A model generated the notes under the pieces. It worked only from the letters and a program-made list of their open reading frames with translations. It made no database searches and was not told where the DNA came from. Source: a virus (lineage: Duplodnaviria > Caudoviricetes). Taken from it: a stretch of 64,000 nucleotides of DNA. The position numbers were made by a program, and so were the translations under genes. Below are positions 37,388 to 46,620 of the stretch, piece by piece. Each line of letters begins with the position of its first letter. Position 1 is the first letter of the stretch. The DNA lies in IMG/VR virus record IMGVR_UViG_3300035208_003503, positions 484-64,483 of that record. One strand, 5' to 3'.

Positions 37388-38923
37388 ATGGTTAAGAAGT
37401 ATATAATGATAGTCCTGACTTTTGCTAAAAAAATCTTGTTGACTCCTATTCAAATACCAAGAATAGGTAAAAGTACAAATAAACACCCCTCCAAACCTAA
37501 AAAAAGGAAACGTATTACCGACGAAGACTTCGTTCTAAACGTTATGTACGGGGAGGTAGATCGTAAAGGGATACAAGAAGGAAAGTTGTCCATTGCCCAC
37601 AACAAACCGGAAGCCATAGCCTGGTATTTCCGGACCCAGTTATCTTTATTACCCCTAACAACTAAAAATATCAAAAGAATCAAAAGATTCCTAAAGGTAA
37701 GCACCGAAGAGGAGGCTAGGGATTCCATAATGGATGAAAGAGCTTTAGTTCTAGGTAGCCCCGAAACTTATTTCAAGAACGCAGAAGAACACGTAGCATA
37801 CGTAAGTAAAATAGTAGAGAACGAAAATCTGGAGGCTAGAGACCTAGGTAAATTATATGTAGAAGAGCATGAAGCTGCTAACATAGATACTAAGATGTCG
37901 GACTTAAAATTTCTTAAAAATTTCGACAAGGTAGTGCCTAGGACAGAAGTGGTTAGTAGGGATAGGCAAGGATCGGTTCTTACTGATACCCATGCTTGGG
38001 CCCACCTTAGGCCTAGTAAAATAAAAAGGTTAATAGTAATCGATCTAAACCTTAATTCAACGGGCTTTTATTCCGCATCATCGTCCCTAGCCCACAAACT
38101 TAGAGGTCTTCTCTGCTCTAAGTTTGCAGTTGGCTTCTCTAGCCACAGTATGTTTAAGTACCTATACATAAAACCTTTAGACAAGAGACCTAGGGGATTC
38201 TACCTTCCAGGTCCTATAAAACAAGTGTACAGTGTTCAGTACAAAACTATGGGTAAAAATAAATCCAAACCAGACTACGTACCAGGAGTAGTAGCGGAGT
38301 ATAACGACGGCACTTTTAATTCTGCAACAGATATAAAAGAGTGCCTTACCACTAGTAAGCTATACCACTCCAATAACTCCGAAATTAAAAGAAGTATCCT
38401 CTTGTACTTGAACGCATTTTTAGTTTTCAAGGATCTTTGGTCCATAGAAATAACCGAGGCTGACGAAACCCTTATATTTGCAGCCGATTCAAAAGTGATA
38501 AAGAAGCTATGCGACATGAGGGATAACCCAACTACGGATTCAGGTAACAGAAAAGCGGTGCTACATACTGTGTCCTCCCACAAACGAACGCTTAAAACAG
38601 GAGGGTCAACCACTATAAAGAGGTACTTAAGGGGTATCTACACTTTCGAACTAAGAGGTTACGTTGTAAAAGTAGCTCCTCCGGCTTTTGAATTCAAAGA
38701 TCACTCAGAAAAGCGTATAGCTGAATTTAAAGGTACTATGGCTGAATGTATCTATAGAAACATACCTGAGGATATCCTGGTAAATCCAAATGCTAAGTAC
38801 CTACAGGCTTCTATAGCACTTAAACCTGAAGAGTACAAAGGCTACGATTTCACAGTAGAAAAAGTACTCGATAATCTGCCAGAGCACGCAGAGGAAACAG
38901 CTGCTGAAGAGTCCCTTATTTAA
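37388..38923 (+). CDS. hypothetical protein with degenerate H..R..H.R motif
   Basis: 511 aa; KAVLHTVSSHKRTLKTG. Confidence 0.65.
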   Translation: MVKKYIMIVLTFAKKILLTPIQIPRIGKSTNKHPSKPKKRKRITDEDFVLNVMYGEVDRKGIQEGKLSIAHNKPEAIAWYFRTQLSLLPLTTKNIKRIKRFLKVSTEEEARDSIMDERALVLGSPETYFKNAEEHVAYVSKIVENENLEARDLGKLYVEEHEAANIDTKMSDLKFLKNFDKVVPRTEVVSRDRQGSVLTDTHAWAHLRPSKIKRLIVIDLNLNSTGFYSASSSLAHKLRGLLCSKFAVGFSSHSMFKYLYIKPLDKRPRGFYLPGPIKQVYSVQYKTMGKNKSKPDYVPGVVAEYNDGTFNSATDIKECLTTSKLYHSNNSEIKRSILLYLNAFLVFKDLWSIEITEADETLIFAADSKVIKKLCDMRDNPTTDSGNRKAVLHTVSSHKRTLKTGGSTTIKRYLRGIYTFELRGYVVKVAPPAFEFKDHSEKRIAEFKGTMAECIYRNIPEDILVNPNAKYLQASIALKPEEYKGYDFTVEKVLDNLPEHAEETAAEESLI

Positions 38924-40593
38924 AGAACAATATCTGATAGAAAGCTGCGGTCAGCGCAAAAGCTGACCCAGCCGGCTATCATAGCCATTGCTATATCATT
39001 AGACTTATTTTTTTTGAGAAGCCACATAACTTTACCTGGATCTTTTTTTGGGGTTACATTCTTCATACTCATGAGACTATCACAAACCTCATCGAAATTG
39101 TGTTGTACTCCGGAGATCTCTAAGCACCTATCTATTACCTTCTTCTTTAAGAACTTAGATATTACAAAATTCCTATCCACGTCTACTCTGAACTGTTCTG
39201 GTTTAACCGATATAAGGTCATTCATCATTGCAAACCTTACTGGAAGACACTTTAGTCCTCCGCCTTTGCTTTTTATTATATCGAATATGGTTGAGTTTGC
39301 GTATGCACCACCCATAGCATCTGGACCTATTAGGGTATTAGGAGGCAGTAACTTAACCATCCTAATTACGTCGTCTATACTAAATCTTACCTTAGGTAAT
39401 GGGTATATTCTATGGTACAGAACTTTTATCTTTAGTCTGCTTCCATCCATATAGAAATCCATAAGAGCTACGGCAGTGTGACTCTTTCCGTCTGTGTCTC
39501 CACCACTCTGATCATTAGCTCCACCACCCCAGTCAATCCCAAACACGGTATGATGTCCGTGTAATTTTTTATAATTACGTATTACCCTGTCAAAGTCGTC
39601 AACACTGTATTTTATCCTACTGTCAGCACAGGCCTCTACCTCTGATAATTGAAGCATAGAAGATATGTTACCTTTAGGTATCCCAAGACGTTCATGGTAG
39701 ATCTTATTATCATCTCTGTTCTTAGCGTATACAGCGTCTACAACTTCCTGATATCTAAAGGGATTATAAACAACACCAGGCATCATTAGCTGGTTAAAAT
39801 GAAATCCTAAGATCTTTGATCTTGGATTCATAGGTATCATCTTTCCTGTTCTTACGTCAACCGGTTTCATGCAATGAAAACATAACACACCTTTTCTAGA
39901 TATCTGCTTGATATGATTCAAAGTAGTATACTTACCACAGTGATGACATTTGACTACCATAGTATGCTGAGTTGTCTCTTCAAAAAGTTTACACAGATCG
40001 TCGTCCGGATCCAAGGGGGTTCCGGTATCTATCTTTATCTTATAATTAGAACTACTCATCATAGGATCCAGAATAGGGTCAACACTTGCATGTATCATAC
40101 TCTGGGACTCATCCTTTATAAGCATATCTGCTGAACCACCTCTTATCTTTTCAACACCAGCTTCATCAGCTGCGTAACCTATTTTTAGAGTAGATCCAGT
40201 AACGAATGACTTTACATATACATCATTAAGTATTGAAGTAGACTTCATATCTCTTACTTCAGCAAGCATACTGGTCTTATTGGTCAAAAGACTTCTAAGC
40301 TCCGGATTGAAAGTAAGGATCTTTCCTAGCTTAAGCTTGGAAAACTCTTCAGCCTGTTTCTGAGATGGGCACATGTATATGGTACGAAACATCGGTACAT
40401 GTGCATATTTCAAAGTAAATAGACCATTGAATATTGACTTACCGACCTGCCTTCCAGTCCTAAGAACCATCTGTCGTGGTGCTACTATATCCATAAGATC
40501 ACGGTAGTGATAGTCGTCCCAATTAATTTTAGAACCATCATCAAGTCTGACTGATTTTTCGAAATAGGCTGAAGCAGGAATATCTAGAAACAT
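38920..40593 (-). CDS. terL: phage terminase large subunit
   Basis: Walker A region LRTGRQVGKS, RGGSADMLIKDESQ (Walker B), GTP coupling motif, CxxC...CxxC, nuclease FGIDWGG and C-terminal NDIAMA. Confidence 0.85.
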   Translation of the reverse strand: MFLDIPASAYFEKSVRLDDGSKINWDDYHYRDLMDIVAPRQMVLRTGRQVGKSIFNGLFTLKYAHVPMFRTIYMCPSQKQAEEFSKLKLGKILTFNPELRSLLTNKTSMLAEVRDMKSTSILNDVYVKSFVTGSTLKIGYAADEAGVEKIRGGSADMLIKDESQSMIHASVDPILDPMMSSSNYKIKIDTGTPLDPDDDLCKLFEETTQHTMVVKCHHCGKYTTLNHIKQISRKGVLCFHCMKPVDVRTGKMIPMNPRSKILGFHFNQLMMPGVVYNPFRYQEVVDAVYAKNRDDNKIYHERLGIPKGNISSMLQLSEVEACADSRIKYSVDDFDRVIRNYKKLHGHHTVFGIDWGGGANDQSGGDTDGKSHTAVALMDFYMDGSRLKIKVLYHRIYPLPKVRFSIDDVIRMVKLLPPNTLIGPDAMGGAYANSTIFDIIKSKGGGLKCLPVRFAMMNDLISVKPEQFRVDVDRNFVISKFLKKKVIDRCLEISGVQHNFDEVCDSLMSMKNVTPKKDPGKVMWLLKKNKSNDIAMAMIAGWVSFCADRSFLSDIVL

Positions 40594-40602
40594 GTCATCT
40601 CC

Positions 40603-43600
40603 TTAGAAGAGAGGATCTTTCCTTGGGACTCTAACCATCCTTGAGTAATCTAGGTTGCCTAGATAGTTATATGCATTGGCTCCAAGTCCACCAGCAGCTG
40701 CTCCCATGAGACCTGTTCCAAGGTGCTTAAGAGACGGGCTTTTACCGCTTATCATATAATCTCCCAACATCTGACCACCACCTGCAAGTAGTCCACCTGC
40801 CGCGGCTCCAAGATAAGGATTTATAGCTCCGGGGTACATACTTGCGGGAAGTACTGTAGTACTGTCCTGCCCAAAGAAGTCTCTAAGCCATGAGTTTTTT
40901 CTGGTTGCTTCATCTGCTACTATACCTGCTCCGCCTACACCCATAAGACCTAGTGGAAGTTCTGCTAGGTTAGGTATATTTGGTACAGGACCAAGTTTAG
41001 GTACATTAGGATTAGCAATTTTGAAAGCGTCTCCACCCATTCCGTTTTTCTTGAACATAGAAGCTCCGAGTGCTCCTCCAAATAGACCGGCTTTTACAGG
41101 ATTATGAAGTATAGAGTTAACTATAGCTGAATCATAATCTCCTATTCCTAAAACACCAGTACCAAGAGCAGTGGCTCCACCAGCCTTCAATGCGCTTCTT
41201 ACCATACCTTGATCAAATCTTACTCTAGGGAGAGATCCACCATGTGAAAGAAGTGAGTTAGCTTTTGATCCTAAGCTACGAACTCCCTTACCAAGGCTGC
41301 CAGGTATGTGTTTCATTAAGGAACTACCTCTTCCGCCCATAGCAAGGCCGGTAGCCAATGCTGCTCCACCAAGTGTTATACCTGGAAGCTGTCTTTGAAC
41401 TCTGTCCCACCATCCATCACCTTCTTCGATGTTGGCAGCTATTTTATCCATGTATGGATTATACTCGTAATAGGAATTATTCTTATCTCTACCACCGAAA
41501 GCAGCGTTCATAGCCCCCACACCAAACAGTCCTGACCCAATTCTAGTAGCGTTTCTAAGAACCCTCTCTTTTTCAAATAGGTCCTTAGCAAATTTTAGCT
41601 GCGTTGGATCACCAGGGAACGCCTTTCTCATGTTCAAAAGATTTTTATAAGCATTGCTGGCTTCTGTTCCATAAACACGTTTTCCAAAAGTCTTTACCGC
41701 ATTCGGTGTTCCTTTAATAATAGGTGCTCCAACTTTAATTGCGTCATCCCACAGTCCTTTAGTAGCACCGAGTGCTCTTCCACCAAACTTTGCTATCTGT
41801 CCCCAGAAAGCAGTCTTGTCGTTATAGTAAGGATACTCGTGCTCAAGGATCATATTTCGGTCCATATAAGGATTGTAACCATTGTAGCTTGAAAACTTAT
41901 CTTTAAAATCCTGAGCGTAGTCAATGATCTGGTCATTATATTTATAACCAAGATGTCCGCCGCCTACTGCACCTAGTCCAGCACCAAGAAGTGCTCCTTG
42001 ATCACCATACACCATTCTGCCAAGTCCAGCACCCACTCCGGCTCCTAATAGAGCTCCTATACCTGCTGTCCCTTTTTTCCGGGCATACCAAGGTCTTTTC
42101 ATTTTATCGTATATGTATTTACCACCTAAAGCAGTGGCGCCAACACCGGCAGCTCCAATAGCAGCTTTACCAGCGGTGGATCCCCATACTTTTCCACCCA
42201 TCTTTGCAAGTTGTCCCCACAATGCAGTCTTGTCATTGTAGTAGTTGTAACCGCTGTAGCTGGAGAACTTATCTTTAAAATCCCCTGCATAACCTGCAAT
42301 GTCGTCACTGTAGTTATATCCCAAACCACCTCCGCCTACTGCACCTAGTCCAGCACCAAGAAGTGCTCCTTGATTTCCATACAGTCCTTTTCCAACACCG
42401 GCTCCAATACCTGCACCAAGAAGAGCTGATATACCCGCTATACCTTCTTTCTGAAGATACCAAGGTTTATTATATTTATCCCAAAGGTATTTACCTCCTA
42501 AACCAGCAGCAGTCAACGCAGCCAGTCCTATACCGGCCTTACCTGTTCTTGACCCAAGCATTTTCCTAAACATACTGGAACTACCCGGGGATGTATTAAT
42601 AGGAGGTATAAATTTAGGAGTTCCACGGGCAGCATCTAAAGTTCTACCGGCAGGTGCTTCACCGAGTCTTCCTGCTGCTCTTTTATCAAAATAAGGGTAG
42701 TAACCCCTATAGTTAGAAAGCGAATCAACAGTTCCAACAGTAGCTGCTGTACCAAGTGCTCCAGCACCAACTCCAACAGCAGTAGCTTGTCTTGTCATAC
42801 CCTGTAGTTTGATTGCTTCAGCCAACTTTTTATAGGCTTTCTCAACCGCGTTATATCTGGAATATGGGTTCTCAAGACCGGGAATGTTTTTAGGTAATTT
42901 GAGTATTTCAAGAGCATCCCTTCTACTCTTTACACCAGCACCACTGATAGCCTTAATGTAGTTCTTAACTCCGGCGGTCTTATCATCTTCACCAAACCAA
43001 TGAGCAAGTGTTTCTGAAACATTATTCGATGCTGCCAGTTTCTCCATGGCTCCTGGAAGTACTCCACGATCCTGGAGTGTCTGGATGTAATCGAGCTTTG
43101 CATTCTTATCTTCGATCTCATCTGTAAGACGCATAGCTTCTTTTAAAGCATTGTAGGTGACCGCAGATGAAGCAGCTTTATCGCTATCACCCGCCTCGAG
43201 TGCTGAAGAACCTTCGAATCTTACGACCTCAAGAAGTTCTTTCATGTTTTCAATACTAGCTAGACGGTCCATATAAACGCCTCCCATTTTCTTTTTATTT
43301 TGATTATTATTTGAACCTGATGCATATGTTTTCTCGACCTTTTCGAAATCCGTCTCATTGTGCTGTAGCTCTTTTGGTATACTACCAGCGCCTGCGCCTG
43401 TATCTATACTGGTTGATGGAGCAGGGGTTAGAAAATCTTTTGGTTGCGGATTTTTTGAGATAGACGCCGAGTCTTTAGGAGCTTTAATAGTACCAGAGTT
43501 TGCTGATACAGGGTCTTTCATACCTATAGGACTTAAATCTTGAGTAGTAGAAGGGTTACGATTGTTACTTGCTTCAGACGAGTACGATCTCCAGTATTCA

Positions 43601-43692
43601 TAAGGATTTCTATAGGGTGTAGAGCTCATCCCGTAGGCTTCCCCTTCCGCTAACTTGTCGTGGAAACGTTTCAACAGCATACCTTCCTCCAA
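40603..43692 (-). CDS. 1029-aa glycine-rich modular protein with repeated DKxA motifs (probable virion/internal protein)
   Basis: Glycine-zipper segments separated by YPYFDKRAA, YYNDKTA (x2) and YNPYMDKIAA; GGAGG SD. Confidence 0.75.
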   Translation of the reverse strand: MEEGMLLKRFHDKLAEGEAYGMSSTPYRNPYEYWRSYSSEASNNRNPSTTQDLSPIGMKDPVSANSGTIKAPKDSASISKNPQPKDFLTPAPSTSIDTGAGAGSIPKELQHNETDFEKVEKTYASGSNNNQNKKKMGGVYMDRLASIENMKELLEVVRFEGSSALEAGDSDKAASSAVTYNALKEAMRLTDEIEDKNAKLDYIQTLQDRGVLPGAMEKLAASNNVSETLAHWFGEDDKTAGVKNYIKAISGAGVKSRRDALEILKLPKNIPGLENPYSRYNAVEKAYKKLAEAIKLQGMTRQATAVGVGAGALGTAATVGTVDSLSNYRGYYPYFDKRAAGRLGEAPAGRTLDAARGTPKFIPPINTSPGSSSMFRKMLGSRTGKAGIGLAALTAAGLGGKYLWDKYNKPWYLQKEGIAGISALLGAGIGAGVGKGLYGNQGALLGAGLGAVGGGGLGYNYSDDIAGYAGDFKDKFSSYSGYNYYNDKTALWGQLAKMGGKVWGSTAGKAAIGAAGVGATALGGKYIYDKMKRPWYARKKGTAGIGALLGAGVGAGLGRMVYGDQGALLGAGLGAVGGGHLGYKYNDQIIDYAQDFKDKFSSYNGYNPYMDRNMILEHEYPYYNDKTAFWGQIAKFGGRALGATKGLWDDAIKVGAPIIKGTPNAVKTFGKRVYGTEASNAYKNLLNMRKAFPGDPTQLKFAKDLFEKERVLRNATRIGSGLFGVGAMNAAFGGRDKNNSYYEYNPYMDKIAANIEEGDGWWDRVQRQLPGITLGGAALATGLAMGGRGSSLMKHIPGSLGKGVRSLGSKANSLLSHGGSLPRVRFDQGMVRSALKAGGATALGTGVLGIGDYDSAIVNSILHNPVKAGLFGGALGASMFKKNGMGGDAFKIANPNVPKLGPVPNIPNLAELPLGLMGVGGAGIVADEATRKNSWLRDFFGQDSTTVLPASMYPGAINPYLGAAAGGLLAGGGQMLGDYMISGKSPSLKHLGTGLMGAAAGGLGANAYNYLGNLDYSRMVRVPRKDPLF
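41960..42374 (-). repeat. 43-bp identical repeat within a 124-codon internal duplication
   Basis: 41960-42002 equals 42332-42374 (encodes QGALLGAGLGAVGG). Confidence 0.85.
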
Positions 43693-43798
43693 AACTTAAA
43701 CTACGTCATTATATATTATAATGTATAGGGGGGCAAGTTATTTGTAAATAGAGAAGGTAAAGAAATTAGGTATTCTAGGATTTTTCTTTAGGACCGCT

Positions 43799-44731
43799 TT
43801 AAATCTTAAAAGTTATGTCACAAAAATCACAATGAAATATTTTGGCGCCATCATCATCGTCTTTTAACACTTGGACTATTGGGTGCCCGCAGGACCCACA
43901 CAAAAACGACGAACATTCTTCACAAGTATGGGGTTCTGTAGTTCTTTCAAACCTACAGCCACAGTCACTACACTCTAAAATGTTGTCATCTTTATCATTA
44001 GTAACCTCCGGAGTTGTTATTATAGGTAGCAATCTACCAACCGGATCAAAGAACCTGAAGGAGTCGTCCTTAGGTACATACCAAATCCTAGTGCAACCAC
44101 CATCAGGTCTAGTATTAGACATAATAGCAGAGAGGGCCCTTCTTCTAGGAAAAAACAGTATTTCATCCTGAACCTCACCGATGTACCCCTGTCTCTTTCT
44201 ACGAAATGCAGAACCTCCTAGCTTGTAAGCGTGTATGTCACTATAATTAATTTGTCCTTCTATTACCATACTACTTGTGAAAGAATCAGAAGTTATTTCA
44301 GATTCCATCCTCATAATACCCTCGGTCTCAGACATAAATATTTCTGCAGTAGAGCTGGAAACAGCCAGCACATTCATCTTTGTGTAAGTTAACTTACTAG
44401 GTTCATTAGGATTACCGCCACCTTCACCTCCAGTATGTACCCAGACAGATCTCCCTACCCAATCAGCACAAGGCTCTCCAGTTAGTTCCCCTATAGTAAA
44501 TCCTGATAGATATGATAAGGTTAGGAGGAACCCAACGTCAGGGGTAACCTCACCAGATTCCATTAGAGATATCTGTGCTTGGGTCTTACCGGTAGATCGG
44601 GCTAACTCTGACTGAGACATTTTAACAGTTTCTCTTGCTCTCTTAACAGCAGCGCCTAGATTCTTAACAAGCAATCTTTCATACATCTCGTAGGGTAATA
44701 CCCTCTTTTCGTCTTGCATCTTCTCTTTCAT
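43799..44731 (-). CDS. XRE/Cro-C1 HTH transcriptional regulator with C-terminal zinc ribbons
   Basis: VKRARETVKMSQSELARSTGKTQAQISLMESGEVTP; C-terminal CSDC, CEEC, CGSC, CDFC. Confidence 0.85.
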   Translation of the reverse strand: MKEKMQDEKRVLPYEMYERLLVKNLGAAVKRARETVKMSQSELARSTGKTQAQISLMESGEVTPDVGFLLTLSYLSGFTIGELTGEPCADWVGRSVWVHTGGEGGGNPNEPSKLTYTKMNVLAVSSSTAEIFMSETEGIMRMESEITSDSFTSSMVIEGQINYSDIHAYKLGGSAFRRKRQGYIGEVQDEILFFPRRRALSAIMSNTRPDGGCTRIWYVPKDDSFRFFDPVGRLLPIITTPEVTNDKDDNILECSDCGCRFERTTEPHTCEECSSFLCGSCGHPIVQVLKDDDDGAKIFHCDFCDITFKI

Positions 44732-44767
44732 AATGCCATCTCCATATAAAATTATAAATAACGCATA

Positions 44768-44800
44768 TAACTATATACAGATAGTAATATAAATGTCAAC
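44768..44800 (-). promoter_or_regulatory. sigma70-like promoter for the XRE gene, divergent from the TGTTATAAG promoter at 44831
   Basis: Minus strand TTGACA-N18-TATAGT. Confidence 0.55.
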
Positions 44801-44878
44801 AAAAATATTAATCAAATTAATAAAGAAAACGTGTTATAAGAGTTTGTAGGATATTTAAACAACAATAAGGAGGATATT

Positions 44879-45220
44879 ATGCGTAGAACTACAAAAGAAC
44901 TCGAGACTGGTTTTCTTAACTTTATAAGGGGATTGAGTAATAACCTCAACCACCTTCATAAAGATATAAAAATCAGCTTCTCGTTCCTGGGAGATTTTAT
45001 TGAGCTGGAATCACCTGACCATAAGGTGAGTCTTAGCCCGGAAGATCTGGCCAGGCTCCTCGAACTTGATAGTGATTCATTTCTCACTAGGGCTATACAT
45101 ATAGCCTTCCGTGAGAAAGGGACCATAAGTTTCAAGGAAACGGAAGAGGGTTATAGTGACGTTTTCATAACTTGTGAAAAGTGTGAGAAGGTAACTGTAG
45201 CTCTTGATAGATTTGACTAA
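44879..45220 (+). CDS. hypothetical protein
   Basis: AAGGAGG SD; downstream of GTGTTATAAG. Confidence 0.6.
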   Translation: MRRTTKELETGFLNFIRGLSNNLNHLHKDIKISFSFLGDFIELESPDHKVSLSPEDLARLLELDSDSFLTRAIHIAFREKGTISFKETEEGYSDVFITCEKCEKVTVALDRFD

Positions 45221-45226
45221 CCTAAA

Positions 45227-45262
45227 ACGGGGGCTTCGGCCCCCTTTAAGTCCTTTTTTTTA
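45227..45262 (+). terminator. intrinsic terminator
   Basis: GGGGC-TTCG-GCCCC followed by T-runs. Confidence 0.8.
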
Positions 45263-45279
45263 TCAAAAACACGTCAAAA

Positions 45280-46080
45280 CGAATGACACAAATACCTAAT
45301 AGGAATCAAGACTCTTTAATCCTAATATTTTAGTGATTTTTTTTAGTAATACAAATTGTACCGATATTTGGTGTAACAAAATGTTACAGTAACAAAATGT
45401 TACAGTAGGTATACTGGAAAATAGGCGCGTAATGACACAAAACACTCCGAAATGTCATTTTCGTGTCATTCTAACCGGAAGTTAATAATTCAGTAAAACC
45501 AAATACTTAACTCTCTAATCTTAATTTATTAAATATTAAAAGTCACTATTCTTTAGTAATAATGTCATAATAAAAACATAATAAAAACAGTATCTTCCAG
45601 TCCCTAATGACGGTAGCGACATAAAAAGTTATAAAAGTTCACATACGAGAGAAACCTAATAAAATAGGTCTGCCTCGCACACGCACATATGTACATGTGA
45701 GTTTATAAGCGGTGTACATTCCGTCATTTTTTAGACGTTAGACAGGTTAACCTTTTAATTTAATTAGGATATCCCAATGACATGAAATGTCATTCTAATG
45801 ACGACTAAAACTTAACCTATTAAAATAGTTAAATAAAAACAATGACAAGGTGTTTGTCACCATTTTTCAGCTACTCCAGGATACTTACTTAATATATTTC
45901 TTATCTCTCACGCACCTGTACACACATAGGGTTTTTGAGGTGACAAATAGCATATTTTGAAACGTTAGACTAGATAACCTTTTGTATTATATGGGGATAT
46001 CTGGTGACACGATTCGTCATGTCTAATGTCAGATAAAACTTAAGTGCATAAAATTACTGAATAAGACTACATGTCATGAT
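45280..46080. repeat. AT-rich non-coding array of TGAC/GTCA palindromes with degenerate ~227-bp periodicity (origin/operator-like)
   Basis: AATGACA-N5-TGTCATT (45776-45794) and many TGACA/TGTCA half-sites; ACGTTAGAC at 45735 and 45962; TAAAACTTAA at 45806 and 46034; tandem GTAACAAAATGTTACA x2 (45373-45404). Confidence 0.75.
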
Positions 46081-46128
46081 CTTTTTATTTAAGCTGTATT
46101 TTACTTCAAATTTTTTTTATAAGTAAAC

Positions 46129-46157
46129 TTGACAAGGCCTTACACCTATAATATGAT
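46129..46157 (+). promoter_or_regulatory. near-consensus sigma70 promoter upstream of the tnpA-like gene
   Basis: TTGACA-N17-TATGAT. Confidence 0.75.
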
Positions 46158-46191
46158 AACTACGGTTTAGCTATTTATCTTGTGAAGAAAT

Positions 46192-46611
46192 ATGGAAGGA
46201 GGCCTGATGAACAATTCATTAATAGACTCGAAGGGTACGGTATCAAACTGTATCTACAACGTGGTGTTCTGCACTAAGTATTGCCGAAAGCTGTTTGATA
46301 CTGATGAGGCTAAAGCAGAAGTGGAAGACGCTATCCGGAATCATTGCAGAGACAATGGGATGTTTCTCCTGGACATAAGTGTTATGGATAACGTAGTTGA
46401 GCTTAACATTAAGGTCGATCCTACTACTGGGATCTACAAAGCTATTAGGGGTATCAAGCGTGAGACTCACAAAGTTCTCATACATAAGATACCCAACGTG
46501 GGTACACGAGTACCTACCATATGGACAAGAAAAGAGTTAGTGCGCACCAAAGAGGGTAGCATATCTAACACTGAAGTTTTAAGTTTTATTGAAAAACAGC
46601 GTAAAGGTTAG
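46192..46611 (+). CDS. IS200/IS605 TnpA (Y1 HUH) homologue lacking catalytic residues
   Basis: YNVVFCTKYCRK, VDP, PTIWT and FIEKQ align with the TnpA motifs YHIVWCPKYRRK, DHVH..PP, LWT and YIENQ; HUH reads VVE and the catalytic Tyr reads Phe; no tnpB nearby. Confidence 0.8.
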   Translation: MEGGLMNNSLIDSKGTVSNCIYNVVFCTKYCRKLFDTDEAKAEVEDAIRNHCRDNGMFLLDISVMDNVVELNIKVDPTTGIYKAIRGIKRETHKVLIHKIPNVGTRVPTIWTRKELVRTKEGSISNTEVLSFIEKQRKG

Positions 46612-46620
46612 GGGGTAGTT

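Noticed and set aside
45280-46080. CRISPR array
   Set aside because: Repeats are degenerate, palindromic half-sites with irregular spacing; no constant repeat-spacer period and no cas genes
46192-46611. Active IS200/IS605 insertion sequence
   Set aside because: Catalytic His/His/Tyr are absent, there is no tnpB, and no recognisable left or right end hairpins flank the gene
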